DNA from: an uncultured Trueperaceae bacterium
GTDB taxonomy: Bacteria; Deinococcota; Deinococci; Deinococcales; Trueperaceae
Direction: 5' to 3'
Assembly (NCBI GenBank): GCA_963727505.1
Contig: CAVSGP010000009.1
Coordinates: 576,001 to 640,000, forward strand
Length of the DNA stretch: 64,000 nucleotides
Position numbers and translations under genes: made by a program. Shown piece by piece: positions 50,427 to 60,765 of the stretch (within the stretch, counting starts at the first letter, position 1; every line of letters starts with the position of its first letter). The notes beneath the pieces were generated by a model, which was not told where the DNA came from, did not search any database, and saw only the letters and a list, made by a program, of their open reading frames with translations.

Positions 50427-50580
50427 AGCCTCTCCTTTCGGGCGCCTCAGCGCCACAGAGCGACGCGCCGCGGCCGCGGGGGCCGTGGTTGCCGGTCGAT
50501 CGTCGTGTCGGAGTACAACAGGCTTCGCGCCCGCACGCGCGGCCTCGCGGCGGCTGCGGGCGAGCGTCGTTCCTCGTTCA

Positions 50581-50811
50581 TCAGGCCTCGATCGGGGACA
50601 TCGGCACCGGCGGCAGCTGGCCCTCGCTGCTAGCGGACTCGAGGAGGTCGCCGGTGAAGCGTTGCAGCGCGCTGAGCTCGTCGGCGTCCGAACGATAGCC
50701 GCACGCCCGACATTCCAGCTCGCTGAAGCCTTCCACGTAATGATAGGTGATGGTGTCCCGACTCCCGCATTGCGGGCAGGGAGACTGTTCGCGTCGTCCT
50801 TCTGCGTCCAC
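50581..50811 (-). CDS. Small zinc-ribbon protein
   Basis: CPQCG ... CRACG. AGGAG SD before GTG 50811. Confidence 0.7.
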   Translation of the reverse strand: MDAEGRREQSPCPQCGSRDTITYHYVEGFSELECRACGYRSDADELSALQRFTGDLLESASSEGQLPPVPMSPIEA

Positions 50812-50874
50812 CAGGCCAGCTCCTTGCACCAGTCTAGCGCACTCCCTCCGGTGCCGTGCGGTAGCCGGCCAACG

Positions 50875-52530
50875 TCAGGAGGACGCTTGTCCTGGACGGG
50901 CCTGGCCGGCGTCCTCGAGGACGCCGTCGACCTGCTCGAGGAGCTCCTCGGCGTGCCGCAGCGACGTCTGGGTCACGCGGCCCGAGAGCATCCGCGCCAA
51001 CTCCTCCAGCCGCGCCCGCCGGTCCAGGCGCGCCACTCGCGTGACGGTGCGTCCCTGGACCTCCTCCTTGGCGACCGAGTACTGCGCGTCGGCGAAGGCC
51101 GCCACTTGCGGGAGGTGAGTGACGACCAGGACCTGGTGGCGTTCCGAGAGGCGCTTGAGCAGGGCCCCCACCGCGCGGGCTGTGCGCCCGCCGATCCCCG
51201 CATCGATCTCGTCGAACGCCAGCACCGGGAGCTCGCTCCCTGTGACGAGGTGGAGCGCCAGCATCACACGCGACAGCTCGCCGCCCGACGCGACGTCCGA
51301 CAGCGGCGCCAGCGGCTCACCCGGGTTGGCCACGAACAGGAAACGCACGAAGTCGCGCCCGTGAGGTCCGAGCTCTTCGGCCCGCTCCAGCTCCACCTCG
51401 AAACGCGCCTTCTCCATGCCCAGCTCTGCGAGCAGCGGCAGGACCCCGCGCGCCAGCTCGTCGCCGGCACGGCGGCGGGAGGACGTGAGCTTCTCCGCCG
51501 ACGCTGCGAGTTGCTCGCTCAGCCGCCCCGCCTCACCCTCCAGCGCCTGCGTGTCGGCGTCGGCATGCTCGAGCCGCTCGCGCTCGTGCGCAGCCTGCTC
51601 GCGGAAGGCCAGCACCTCGGCGACGCTAGCGCCGTACTTGCGGCGGAGGGCCTCGATGCGCGCCAGCCGGGCCTGCGCCGCGTCGAGGCGCGCGGGATCG
51701 GCCTGGAAGTCCGACAGGAAGCTCTCCACCTCGCCGGCGACTGCCTCCAGCGCCGTCGTCGCCTGCTCGAGGTCGCCGACGAGCGCCGCCAGCCCGGCAT
51801 CGTGCCGGGCGGCGGTGCGCAGCTCCCGCAGCGCCCCGGCCGCCCGCTCGATCGCGTTCCCTTCGGAATCTGCAAGCGCAGCGAAGGCGTGGCCGGCTGC
51901 CAGGGCGATGCGCTCGGCGTGACGCAGGCGCTCGACCTCGGCCTCGAGCCGGGCCTCCTCGGCGGGCTGAAGACTGGCGGCATCGATCTCGTCGATCTGG
52001 AACGCGAGCATGTCGAGGCGGCGAGCGCGATCGCGCGAGGCCTGCTGCAGCTCCGCAAGGGACGTGACGACCTCCCGATAGCGCCGGAACTCCGCGCGAT
52101 AGCGTTGCAGCTCTTCAACAGCGTCGGCGCCGAGCATCCGGTCGAGCTGGCGGCCCTGCGCCCGGGGACGCATGAGCTCGGTGGCGCCGTGCTGGCCGAA
52201 GATGGCGACCAGCTCCCCGCTGCGTTCCACCAGCTCTGCGACGGTCACAACCTCGCCGTCGATGCGGGCGCTGTGCCGGCCGTTGCGGCTGAGGCGCCGC
52301 GAGGCGCTCTCGAAGGGGCCGCCCTCGAACAACCCCTGCACCAGCGCGGCGTCGCGCTCCGCCCGGATGAGCGTGCTGTCGGCACGCCCTCCCGTGAGCA
52401 GCGACAGGGCGTCGACCAGGATCGACTTGCCGGCACCCGTCTCGCCGGTCAGGGCGTTGAAGCCCGGCTCGAGTTCGAGGGCGAGTGCGTCGACGATCGC
52501 GAAGTCGCGCAGCTCCAGGGTTCGCAGCAC
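50875..52530 (-). CDS. recN: DNA repair protein RecN
   Basis: LTGETGAGKS, coiled coil, ASGGELSR, FDEIDAGIGG, VTHLPQVA. Confidence 0.96.
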   Translation of the reverse strand: MLRTLELRDFAIVDALALELEPGFNALTGETGAGKSILVDALSLLTGGRADSTLIRAERDAALVQGLFEGGPFESASRRLSRNGRHSARIDGEVVTVAELVERSGELVAIFGQHGATELMRPRAQGRQLDRMLGADAVEELQRYRAEFRRYREVVTSLAELQQASRDRARRLDMLAFQIDEIDAASLQPAEEARLEAEVERLRHAERIALAAGHAFAALADSEGNAIERAAGALRELRTAARHDAGLAALVGDLEQATTALEAVAGEVESFLSDFQADPARLDAAQARLARIEALRRKYGASVAEVLAFREQAAHERERLEHADADTQALEGEAGRLSEQLAASAEKLTSSRRRAGDELARGVLPLLAELGMEKARFEVELERAEELGPHGRDFVRFLFVANPGEPLAPLSDVASGGELSRVMLALHLVTGSELPVLAFDEIDAGIGGRTARAVGALLKRLSERHQVLVVTHLPQVAAFADAQYSVAKEEVQGRTVTRVARLDRRARLEELARMLSGRVTQTSLRHAEELLEQVDGVLEDAGQARPGQASS

Positions 52531-52676
52531 GGCGTCCAGTATAGGGCGGGCGGGGGCGCGCTGCCGCAGCCGGACGGCAGCCGCCGAGGTTCCTGTCGAC
52601 GAAGCCGCACGCGGAAGTGCGCCGCGCGATGGGGCCGCGCGCTGGCCCGTCGCCGGGACCGCGCTAGACTCCGGAC

Positions 52677-53555
52677 ATGCCCGAGAACCGCCGTCTCGGA
52701 ACCGTGACCTGGGTGGAGTGCCCGCGGGACGCCTGGCAGGGATTGGAGCGCCTCATCCCGCCCGAACGCAAGCGCGCGCACCTCGCTGCGCTCTTCCGGG
52801 CCGGCTTCCGACACCTCGACCTGGGATCGTTCGTGTCGCCGCGCGCAGTGCCCCAGCTCGCCGATACCGAAGCGGTGCTGGAGGAGCTCGATCGCCCCGC
52901 CGACGCCGACGTGCTGTGCATCATCGGCAACGAGCGCGGGCTCGATCGGGCCGCGGCCGCGCGTGGCGTGACCAGCGTGGGGTTCCCGCTCTCGGTCAAC
53001 GAGACCTTCCAGCAGCGCAACGTCGGGCGCTCTCTGGCGGCGTCGTGGGAGCTGGTCGAACGGCTGGCTCGGCGGAGCTCCGAGCGCGGCATGGACCTGG
53101 TCGTCTACCTCTCGATGGGCTTCGGGAATCCCTACGGCGAAGCGTGGCGACCCGCCGACACGGCCGATGCGGTCGCGCGCGTGCGCGACCTCGGCGTTCG
53201 CCGGATCGCGCTGGCCGACACCGTGGGACGCGCCGACGCGGCAGCCGTGAAGGCCGTGCTCGCCGGGTTGGAACGACCCGCCGAGGTCGGCCTCCACCTT
53301 CACGCGCGTCCCGACGCCTGGCAACCGTTGGTGGCGGAGGGCCTGGCCGCGGGCGTGCGCTGGTTCGAAGGTGCCCTGTCCGGGGTAGGCGGCTGCCCGT
53401 TCGCCGGCGACGCCCTGGTCGGCAACCTGCCGAGCGAGCGAGTGCTGCCCTGGCTGGCCGCCCGGGGCGGCGATGCCGGCGTGATGCTCGGTGCGCTACC
53501 GGAGCTGGCGGAGGACGCCGCCGCCATCGCTTCACGCCACGCGGCCTCCGGCTGA
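52677..53555 (+). CDS. Hydroxymethylglutaryl-CoA lyase family protein
   Basis: ECPRDAWQG, SFVSP, LADTVG, LHLH, GGCPFA, GNL. Confidence 0.88.
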   Translation: MPENRRLGTVTWVECPRDAWQGLERLIPPERKRAHLAALFRAGFRHLDLGSFVSPRAVPQLADTEAVLEELDRPADADVLCIIGNERGLDRAAAARGVTSVGFPLSVNETFQQRNVGRSLAASWELVERLARRSSERGMDLVVYLSMGFGNPYGEAWRPADTADAVARVRDLGVRRIALADTVGRADAAAVKAVLAGLERPAEVGLHLHARPDAWQPLVAEGLAAGVRWFEGALSGVGGCPFAGDALVGNLPSERVLPWLAARGGDAGVMLGALPELAEDAAAIASRHAASG

Positions 53556-53565
53556 CGACGTACGG

Positions 53566-53617
53566 CACGCCGGGCCGTCGCCCTGGGGCGTCACGCCGGG
53601 GCGTCACGCCAGACCGT
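53566..53617. repeat. 13-bp degenerate tandem repeat x4 between convergent genes
   Basis: cacgccgggccgt / cgccctggggcgt / cacgccggggcgt / cacgccagaccgt. Confidence 0.7.
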
Positions 53618-53627
53618 CGCGAAGCTG

Positions 53628-54653
53628 TCAGTTGTTCGCCGTGGCTCCCTGCCGTTCCAGCTCGTGGCGCGTGGCGATCTCGAGCTGCCGCAACGCCTCG
53701 TCCATGTCGCCCTTCACGGTCGCCCCCGCAGCGGCCACGTGCCCGCCCCCACCGAGCTCGCGACAGATGGCCTGTGCCGATATGCCGCCGCGGCTGCGAA
53801 CGCTGAGCTTGACCCCTTCGTCGCGCTCCTTGAGCAGCACTGCGACCAGCGCGCCTTCGGCGTAGCGGATCAGGCCCACGAAGTCATCGGAGTCGTCGTC
53901 GCTCTCGCCGATGCGTTCGCGCATCGCGCGCGTGAGACGGGCGGTGACCAGACGGCCGTCCAGGTGGAAATCGACGGTAGCCATCACCTCGCCCAGCATC
54001 TTGAAGTAGTCCGGGTGACGCCACTGCAGCCGGTCGGTCAACTCGGCGTAGGGGACCCCTGCGTCGATGAGGGCGCCGGCTGCCTCGAGCACCGAGCGGT
54101 CGGTATTGCCGTGCCGGAAGTTGCCCGTGTCGGTCAGGATGCCGGTCAGGCAGGGCGTGGCGACGTCGACCGTCAAGGCGAAGCCCATGACGTCGAGCAG
54201 GTCCTTCACCATCAACGCCGTCGCCGCCTTGTTCGGCGCCACCAGCGCGATGTCCCCGAATCGGTCGTTGGTGCCGTGGTGATCCATGTTGATCACACGG
54301 TCGGCGCCCGTGAACGGCGCCCCGATGGCACGGTCGCGGTCGGCGACGTCGAGCACCGCCAGCAGCGTGTCGTCGGGAAGCGCCTCGAGGGGCGGGCTGA
54401 GCTCCCCGTCGCGCGCCAGGAACGCCAGGAACCGCGGCGGCTCGAGGGGCAGCACGACACGCTTGCCGAGTTGCTCCAGCGCGCGCTTGAGCGCCAGGCT
54501 GCTGCCGAAGGCGTCGCCGTCGGGGTCGACGTGGCTGACGATGACGATGGGACCCTGCCAGGCGCGTAGCGCGCGCCCGATGTCGGCGAGGACGGCGTAG
54601 TAGTCGTGCTCGCCGGTCGGTTCGGCGGCGGCACGAAGGGGTGCGTGATCCAT
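53628..54653 (-). CDS. DHH-family phosphoesterase (NrnA-like)
   Basis: HVDPDGDAFGS, MDHH, TDTG, GGGGHVAAAG. Confidence 0.92.
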   Translation of the reverse strand: MDHAPLRAAAEPTGEHDYYAVLADIGRALRAWQGPIVIVSHVDPDGDAFGSSLALKRALEQLGKRVVLPLEPPRFLAFLARDGELSPPLEALPDDTLLAVLDVADRDRAIGAPFTGADRVINMDHHGTNDRFGDIALVAPNKAATALMVKDLLDVMGFALTVDVATPCLTGILTDTGNFRHGNTDRSVLEAAGALIDAGVPYAELTDRLQWRHPDYFKMLGEVMATVDFHLDGRLVTARLTRAMRERIGESDDDSDDFVGLIRYAEGALVAVLLKERDEGVKLSVRSRGGISAQAICRELGGGGHVAAAGATVKGDMDEALRQLEIATRHELERQGATANN

Positions 54654-54785
54654 GCGGGTCATGATACCGCCGGCGCGCCGGCGGCCCGCCTCGCACCCGC
54701 CGGTCTTTCGCCCGCCTGACGGTCGCGGCCTGCTGCTGTTGCGCGTTCGGCGTCCGGTCGCGCGGCGTCTGCGCATAATGGCGTC

Positions 54786-55049
54786 ATGGACGAGGACGAG
54801 GTCGGCGGCGTCGGGGGAGGACCCCGCGACGCGTCCGCATCGGGCCCGGAATCGTCGGGCCCGGAAGGTTCGGGCGCGGAATCGTCGGGCCCAGAAGGGC
54901 CGGGCCCAGATGGGTCGGGCGCGGAAGGTTCGGGCGCGGAAGGTTCGGGCGCGACGCCGGCGAGGATCGGCGACGAGGGGCACGGCGAGGGGCACGGCGA
55001 GGGGCACGTCGCTGGGCCGCCGCCTCGCTCGCGGCGGCGCGGAGGATGA
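54786..55049 (+). CDS. Low-complexity acidic/Gly-Ser ORF; possibly the frameshifted N-terminus of the downstream protease
   Basis: ATG 6 nt after CATAAT. 15-bp and 12-bp tandem repeats encode (E/D)GSGA and EGHG units. Confidence 0.5.
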   Translation: MDEDEVGGVGGGPRDASASGPESSGPEGSGAESSGPEGPGPDGSGAEGSGAEGSGATPARIGDEGHGEGHGEGHVAGPPPRSRRRGG

Positions 55050-55083
55050 CGCCCTCGCGAGCGATCCGTACGATCTGAAGGCG

Positions 55084-56301
55084 ATGGACGCGTCCGGCGA
55101 ACCGCCTGCACGGGGCCCCACCGTGCGCATCCTCACCGTGCTGCTCGCGGCGGTGTTGGTGGTGGTCGCGGCCTTCGGTGGAACGCTGGGACGCCCTGCG
55201 CACGTCCGCAGGGTGGCGCAGACGCTGCCGCCGGTGGTGGAGCCCACCGGTCAGCTGGCGACGGCCTTCCGGAGTGCCCGCACGGCCAGCCTGCGGATCG
55301 AGGCGCGCTGCGGCCCCCGCTACGGCAACGAGCCCATCGGCATCGGCACCGGCTTCTTCATCCGCTCCGACGGTCTTGTCCTCACGGCCTACCACGTCGT
55401 CGACGCCACCGAACAGGGTGCGCCCTGCCCGGTGAGTTACGTCGCCGTCGACTCCGGACGTCTCGAGTATCCGCTGACGATGGTGGGCTTCGACGCCTAC
55501 CATGACCTCGCGGTGTTGCAGGCGACCGTGCGCCGAGCGGTCCCCACCGTGCCGCTGTCGGCCCAGCTTCCCCGGCCGGGAACCCGGGTTGTGGCGGTCG
55601 GGAACAGCCGTAACGAGTTCCTTCAGGCGCGCGCCGGCGAGGTCACACGGCTCGGTGTCCACGCGGGACGCCCCGACTTCGCGGACAACACCATCGAGCT
55701 GACGACCTCGCTGGCCCCGGGCGACTCGGGCGGGCCGGTCGTGGACGCTGCCGGCCGCGTCGTGGGGGTGGTGAGCTACATCAGCTTCGACCCCGGTGCC
55801 ATGACGTCGAGCCAGTACGTCCCGCCGTTCCTGCGCGGCGTGCAGCTTCCGCAGGGATACGCCTCCTACGCGGTCCCGGTAGGGGGCAGCGACCTGGTCG
55901 CGAAGCTCGAAGCGGGTGAGCGCCGGGACGTCCCGGTGGTCGGCTTCACCTGGCGACCGGGGTTCGACTACGATCCCCGGTCGAGCGATGCCTACCTGGG
56001 ACGGCGCGCGGGAGTCATCGTATGGCAGGTGCAGCCGGGCGGGCCGGCCGACGAGGCCGGCCTTCGGAGCTACACCGAGGAGCGGAGCGTGGCTCGCGAC
56101 GGGCGGGTGAGCTCCAGGCCGCGCGCCGACGTCATCACCGCACTGGACGGCGTGCCCACCCCGACCTTCTACGACCTGCTGGCGCTGGTCCGCCAGAAGA
56201 GCATCGGCCAGACGGTGACGCTCACGGTCGAGCGCGGCAACGCCACGTTGCGGATCCCCCTCCGACTGGGTGCGGAGCGCTCCGTGTTCAGCCAGCGGTA
56301 G
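55084..56301 (+). CDS. Membrane-anchored trypsin-like (S1C/HtrA-type) serine protease with PDZ domain
   Basis: TM, GTGFFI, LTAYHVV, DLAVL, GDSGGP, PDZ-like GGPADEAGL..DVITALDG. Start is uncertain. Confidence 0.88.
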   Translation: MDASGEPPARGPTVRILTVLLAAVLVVVAAFGGTLGRPAHVRRVAQTLPPVVEPTGQLATAFRSARTASLRIEARCGPRYGNEPIGIGTGFFIRSDGLVLTAYHVVDATEQGAPCPVSYVAVDSGRLEYPLTMVGFDAYHDLAVLQATVRRAVPTVPLSAQLPRPGTRVVAVGNSRNEFLQARAGEVTRLGVHAGRPDFADNTIELTTSLAPGDSGGPVVDAAGRVVGVVSYISFDPGAMTSSQYVPPFLRGVQLPQGYASYAVPVGGSDLVAKLEAGERRDVPVVGFTWRPGFDYDPRSSDAYLGRRAGVIVWQVQPGGPADEAGLRSYTEERSVARDGRVSSRPRADVITALDGVPTPTFYDLLALVRQKSIGQTVTLTVERGNATLRIPLRLGAERSVFSQR

Positions 56302-56373
56302 TCAACGCAGGCCCGTACGTGAGGTGGCCGGGCGCTGCCCGCGGGCAGCGCCCGGCGGCCGACCCAACGAGTC

Positions 56374-56399
56374 AGGCGCACCCCAAGGAGTGCGCCTGT
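56374..56399. terminator. Hairpin just downstream of the tRNA
   Basis: caggcgcac-cccaagga-gtgcgcctg, a perfect 9-bp stem. Confidence 0.6.
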
Positions 56400-56401
56400 T
56401 C

Positions 56402-56478
56402 TGGTGGGCGATGGTGGACTCGAACCACCGACCTCGTCGTTATCAGCGACGCGCTCTAACCGACTGAGCTAATCGCCC
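56402..56478 (-). tRNA. tRNA-Ile (GAT)
   Basis: GGGCGATTAGCTCAGTCGGTTAGAGCGCGTCG-CT-GAT-AA-CGACGAGGTCGGTGGTTCGAGTCCACCATCGCCCACCA: full cloverleaf with encoded CCA. Confidence 0.97.
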
Positions 56479-56513
56479 GCAAGGACCCGGCCGCCGTTCG
56501 GCGAGCGAAGCCG

Positions 56514-56543
56514 ATGCTATCACGCCCCTCGACAGGGGGTCAA
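56514..56543 (-). promoter_or_regulatory. tRNA promoter
   Basis: TTGACC, 18-nt spacer ending in TGA, TAGCAT. Confidence 0.6.
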
Positions 56544-56636
56544 GCAGCACCTACAGGGCATTTCCGCCGTGGGAAACGGGACAATCGCGCCCGGCCTACG
56601 GTCGCGGCGCGGGGGGGCCGGTACAATTGCTGCGTC

Positions 56637-57644
56637 ATGGTCGAGACCCTCTACATCGCCAAACCACGCGGCTTCTGCGCCGGCGTCGTCATGGCCATCG
56701 AGGCCGTACGGAGCGCCGCCCGCGAGAACGCGGAGCGGGGCGAGCCTCCTGTGACCGTCTATCACTCCATCGTCCACAACCGGACGGTGGTCGAACGGTT
56801 GCAGCGCGAGGAGGGCGTGGGCTTCGTCGAGGACCTCGACGCCATGGCCGCTGGACGCAGCGCGGCGGCGAGCGACACCGTCATCTTCAGCGCTCACGGC
56901 GTGTCGCCGGAGGTGCGCCGCCAGGCGGCCGAGGCCGGTTTCACCACCATCGATGCCACCTGCCCGCTCGTGACCAAGGTGCACAGCGAAGCCAAGAAGT
57001 ACGCCCGGCGCGGCTACCACATCCTCTTGATCGGTGACTCCACGCAGCACCAGGAGGTCCTCGGGACGCGCGGCGAGGCGCCGGAGCAGACCACCGTGGT
57101 CGGCGTGATCGGCAACCGCAAACACGATCCGGCGCTCGTCGACGCCGACACGGTGGAGGTCCCCGACCCCGGCAAGGTGGTGGTCCTCACGCAGACGACC
57201 CTTTCGGTCGACGACACCCAGCGCACGATTCTGAGGCTCAAGCAGCGCTTCCCGGATCTCGTCGTGCCGCCGGCGGACGACCTGTGCTACGCCACCAAGA
57301 ACCGACAGGACGCGGTGCGCCGCATCGCGCAGGAAGTCGAGCTGTTCCTGGTGGTCAGCAGCGCGACCAGTTCCAACGGCATGCGTCTCTACGAGCTCGC
57401 GCAAGACCTGTGCGGCAATGCCCGGCGCATCGAGACGGCCGACGACATCGATCCCGCCTGGCTCGAGCGCGTGCGGCGGGTCGGAGTGACCTCGGCCGCG
57501 TCCACCCCCGAGGACCTGGTGCAGGCGATCGTCGAGCGTTTCCGTCGCGCCAACCCCGCTCTCGAGGTGGTGGAGGAAGGGGAGTGGGAGGAAGTGGCGT
57601 TCCGCGCTCCGAAGCGCAGTGTGCCGGGAGAGGGGCGGCGGTGA
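56637..57644 (+). CDS. ispH: 4-hydroxy-3-methylbut-2-enyl diphosphate reductase
   Basis: [37 protein letters not shown]. Confidence 0.96.
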   Translation: MVETLYIAKPRGFCAGVVMAIEAVRSAARENAERGEPPVTVYHSIVHNRTVVERLQREEGVGFVEDLDAMAAGRSAAASDTVIFSAHGVSPEVRRQAAEAGFTTIDATCPLVTKVHSEAKKYARRGYHILLIGDSTQHQEVLGTRGEAPEQTTVVGVIGNRKHDPALVDADTVEVPDPGKVVVLTQTTLSVDDTQRTILRLKQRFPDLVVPPADDLCYATKNRQDAVRRIAQEVELFLVVSSATSSNGMRLYELAQDLCGNARRIETADDIDPAWLERVRRVGVTSAASTPEDLVQAIVERFRRANPALEVVEEGEWEEVAFRAPKRSVPGEGRR

Positions 57645-58672
57645 GCCGCCGCGTCGTGTCCCACCCCCTGTCGGTCGCTCCCATGATGGATCGCACCGAT
57701 CGGCACTTCCGCTACCTGCTCCGCGGCATCTCCCGTCACACTTTGCTGTACAGCGAGATGCTGACGGCCAAGGCGGTGCTCCATGGCGACCGGGAGCGCC
57801 TCCTCGGCCACCACGTCGACGAGCGCCCGCTGGCGTTGCAGCTCGGCGGCGACGACAGCGCCGAGCTGGCGGAGGCTTCGCGGATCGCGCAGGCCTGGGG
57901 CTACGACGAGGTGAACCTCAATGTCGGTTGCCCCAGCCCACGCGTCGCGTCGGCGAACTTCGGCGCCTGCCTGATGGCGACGCCCGACGTGGTGGCGCGG
58001 GCGGTGACGGCGATGCGCTCGGCGACCGACCTGCCCGTCACCGTCAAGCACCGGATCGGCGTCGATGCTCGTGACCGCTACGAGGATCTGGAGGCGTTCG
58101 TGCGCATCGTCGGGCTCGCAGGGGCCGACGTCTTCACGGTGCACGCGCGCAAGGCCTGGCTGTCGGGCCTGAGCCCCAAGGAGAACCGCGAGGTCCCCCC
58201 ACTGCGCTACGAGGACGTCTATCGTCTCAAACGTGCCCTGCCACAGGCCATCGTCGAGCTCAACGGGGGGGTGCGCGACCTGGAAGCGGTCGCCTCACAC
58301 CTCCGGCACGTGGACGGGGTGATGCTGGGCCGGGCCGTGTACGACGACCCGTTCGTGCTTGCCGAGGCGGACAGGTCGTTCTATGCAGCGTTCCCGGACG
58401 CCGTCGACCGGTCTCCGACGCGGCGCCAGGTCGTGATGCGCATGCTGCCCTACGTCGAGGAGCGCCTGTCCGACGGTGCGCCGCTCCACGCGCTCACCCG
58501 TCACCTGCTGGCGCTGTTCCGAGGCTTGCCCGGGGGGCGCCGTTGGCGCCGTCACCTCACCGAGGGCGCGCACCGACCGGGCGCGGGGCCCGATCTCGTG
58601 CTGGAGGCGCTGGCGTGGCTACCGGACGAGGTGCTCGATGCAAGGCCGAGCGGACTCGGCGTAGCGGCCTGA
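57641..58672 (+). CDS. dusA: tRNA dihydrouridine synthase A
   Basis: [44 protein letters not shown]. Confidence 0.93.
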   Translation: MSRRVVSHPLSVAPMMDRTDRHFRYLLRGISRHTLLYSEMLTAKAVLHGDRERLLGHHVDERPLALQLGGDDSAELAEASRIAQAWGYDEVNLNVGCPSPRVASANFGACLMATPDVVARAVTAMRSATDLPVTVKHRIGVDARDRYEDLEAFVRIVGLAGADVFTVHARKAWLSGLSPKENREVPPLRYEDVYRLKRALPQAIVELNGGVRDLEAVASHLRHVDGVMLGRAVYDDPFVLAEADRSFYAAFPDAVDRSPTRRQVVMRMLPYVEERLSDGAPLHALTRHLLALFRGLPGGRRWRRHLTEGAHRPGAGPDLVLEALAWLPDEVLDARPSGLGVAA

Positions 58673-58687
58673 GGTCGCTCGGGCGTC

Positions 58688-59881
58688 TCAGCGCGCCAGA
58701 GACTGCAGGACGTGGCGCGCGATGACGAGGTGCTGCACCTCGTCCGTGCCCTCACCGATACGCGTGAGGCGGGCGTCTCGCCACAGGCGCTCCACTTCGT
58801 AGTCCCGCACGTAGCCGTAGCCGCCGAGGATCTGGATGGCCGCGTCGCAGGCGGCGACGCCCGCCACGCTGCCCTTGAGCTTGGCCATCGACGCGGCCAG
58901 GGTGTGATCGCGCCCGGCGTCGCGCAACGCGGCCGCCTTCATCACCAGCAGGCGGGCCGCCTCCAGCTCGGTCGCCATCTCCGCGAGCTTGAAGGCGATC
59001 GCCTGATGGCGTGCGATGGGGCGGCCGAACTGCTCGCGCTCCAGCGCGTAGCGGCCGGCGATCTCCAGGGCGGCGCGCCCGAGGCCGATCCCCATGGCAC
59101 CGATGCCGATCCGCCCGCCGTCGAGCACCACCTTGACGTCGTCGAAGCCCCGACCCCGCGTGCCGAGCAGGTTCTCAGCCGACACGCGCAAGCCCTCGAA
59201 CGTGAGGGGGGTGGTGTCGGAACTGTGCAGCCCCAGCTTCTCCTCCGGGATGCCGCGGACCAGGCCGGCGGCGTCCCCATCCACCACGAACGCGCTGATG
59301 CCGTCCGCCTTGGATTGCCCCTCGGCAGGGGGGTCGGTCCGGGCGATCACGACGTACGTGCCGGCCACGCTGCCCTGCGTGATGAACACCTTGGATCCGT
59401 CGATCACGAAAGCGTCCTCGTCCTGCACGGCGCGCGTACGCAGGGCAGCGGCGTCCGATCCGGAGCTCGGCTCGGTCAGGCACCACGCACCGAGGTTCTC
59501 GGCACGTGCCAGGGCCGGTAGGTAGCGCTCCTTCTGGGCGTCGTCGGCCGCCTGCAGGATGTGCCCGGTGCACAGCGAGTTGTGCGAGGCGACGGTCAGG
59601 CACAGCGAGCCGTCGACGGCGCCGATCTCCTCGATGATGAGCGCAGCGGTGGCGGTGTCGAGCCCCGCCCCCCCGAAGCGCTCGGGGACCTGGAGTCCGA
59701 ACACCCCCATGCCGCCCAGGGTCCGGACGACGTCGTGCGGGAAGATCCCGCTGCGGTCGCGCTCGATGGCTCCGGGCGCCACCTCGGAGCGGAGATAGTC
59801 GCGCAAGGGGCCCAACAGGGCGCGCTGGTCGGAGGTCAACTCGAACCACAGGGGTTCGGCGGGATGCCCGTGTGCGCTCAT
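58688..59881 (-). CDS. Acyl-CoA dehydrogenase
   Basis: LTEPSSGSD, GSKVFIT, REQFG, QILGGYGY, IGEGT. Confidence 0.93.
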   Translation of the reverse strand: MSAHGHPAEPLWFELTSDQRALLGPLRDYLRSEVAPGAIERDRSGIFPHDVVRTLGGMGVFGLQVPERFGGAGLDTATAALIIEEIGAVDGSLCLTVASHNSLCTGHILQAADDAQKERYLPALARAENLGAWCLTEPSSGSDAAALRTRAVQDEDAFVIDGSKVFITQGSVAGTYVVIARTDPPAEGQSKADGISAFVVDGDAAGLVRGIPEEKLGLHSSDTTPLTFEGLRVSAENLLGTRGRGFDDVKVVLDGGRIGIGAMGIGLGRAALEIAGRYALEREQFGRPIARHQAIAFKLAEMATELEAARLLVMKAAALRDAGRDHTLAASMAKLKGSVAGVAACDAAIQILGGYGYVRDYEVERLWRDARLTRIGEGTDEVQHLVIARHVLQSLAR

Positions 59882-59965
59882 GGCGCCAAGGTAGCAGCCC
59901 CGTCGCCGCCTCCGCGCGTTGTACGGGCACGGGGCGCGCCGGGCCCGTCTGGTAGACTTCGCGCC

Positions 59966-60349
59966 ATGGAGCGACCGTACTGGGTGAGAGGGATCCGCGG
60001 CGCCTCGACCGTGACCGCCGACGATCCCGACCTCATCCTCGAGGCCACCCGCGAGCTCCTCCAGGTGATGCTGGAGGAGAACGACATCGAGGCATTCGAC
60101 GCCATCGCCGCGATCTTCTTCACGACGACGCCGGACCTGCGCTCGACCTTTCCTGCCGAGGCGGCACGCGAGCTGGGCATGACGATGGTGCCGCTGCTGT
60201 GCAATCAGGAGATCCCGGTGCCGAACCGGCTCCCTCGCTGCGTCCGTGTGATGCTGCAGCTCAACACGCGGAAGGCGCAGGACGAGATGAAGCACATCTA
60301 CCTGCGTGAGGCGCGGCGGTTGCGCCCGGACCTCCTCAGCGCCCAGTAG
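59966..60349 (+). CDS. aroH: Chorismate mutase (AroH type)
   Basis: VRGIRGA, FTTTPDL..FPA, LPRCVR, HIYLR..LRPDL. Confidence 0.92.
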   Translation: MERPYWVRGIRGASTVTADDPDLILEATRELLQVMLEENDIEAFDAIAAIFFTTTPDLRSTFPAEAARELGMTMVPLLCNQEIPVPNRLPRCVRVMLQLNTRKAQDEMKHIYLREARRLRPDLLSAQ

Positions 60350-60362
60350 GGTCGAGCGGGCC

Positions 60363-60647
60363 TCAGGCCTCCCACTGGCGGGCGGGCACCAGCTCGCCGC
60401 CGTCGACGACGGCCAGCGTCACCTTGTGCGCGCGATTGGTGGTGACCTCGAGCACCGCCTGGTCGAGCGACTCCGGGCCGACCAACACTTTGCGCACGAA
60501 GTAACTGCCACCTTGCGCGCTCATCTCGCTGGTCTTGGAGAGCCGCACATGGATGATCTCTCCATGTCTGGCGGTGCGCACCCGCGTGAGCAGGAAGTTG
60601 CCATCGTCCCGGAAGCGCGGATCCTGACGGCGGAACATTCCGAACAT
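60363..60647 (-). CDS. Small hypothetical protein (94 aa)
   Basis: Leaderless start 6 nt after TAGAAT; coding-like codon usage. Confidence 0.65.
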   Translation of the reverse strand: MFGMFRRQDPRFRDDGNFLLTRVRTARHGEIIHVRLSKTSEMSAQGGSYFVRKVLVGPESLDQAVLEVTTNRAHKVTLAVVDGGELVPARQWEA

Positions 60648-60765
60648 GCCTGTATTCTAGCCTCACCATGATCGCTCTCTGGCTCCACGGCAAGGGTTGC
60701 GAACGCCCCGCTCGGGTCCCGACCGCTTCGGCGCCGCGGGGTGGGGCGCCGTGGGGTGGGACCCT

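Noticed and set aside
50389..53806. 772-aa and 544-aa plus-strand ORFs
   Set aside because: Shadows or alternative frames of recN and the HMG-CoA lyase gene, with non-protein-like Arg/Ala/Gly composition.
54652..55029. Arg-rich N-terminal extension of the 549-aa protease ORF
   Set aside because: It overlaps the nrnA-like start and reads as the off-frame translation of the repeat ORF at 54786.
56402..56478. tRNA-Ile as an integration site or rRNA spacer
   Set aside because: No integrase, no duplicated tRNA 3' end noticed, and no rRNA sequence flanking it.
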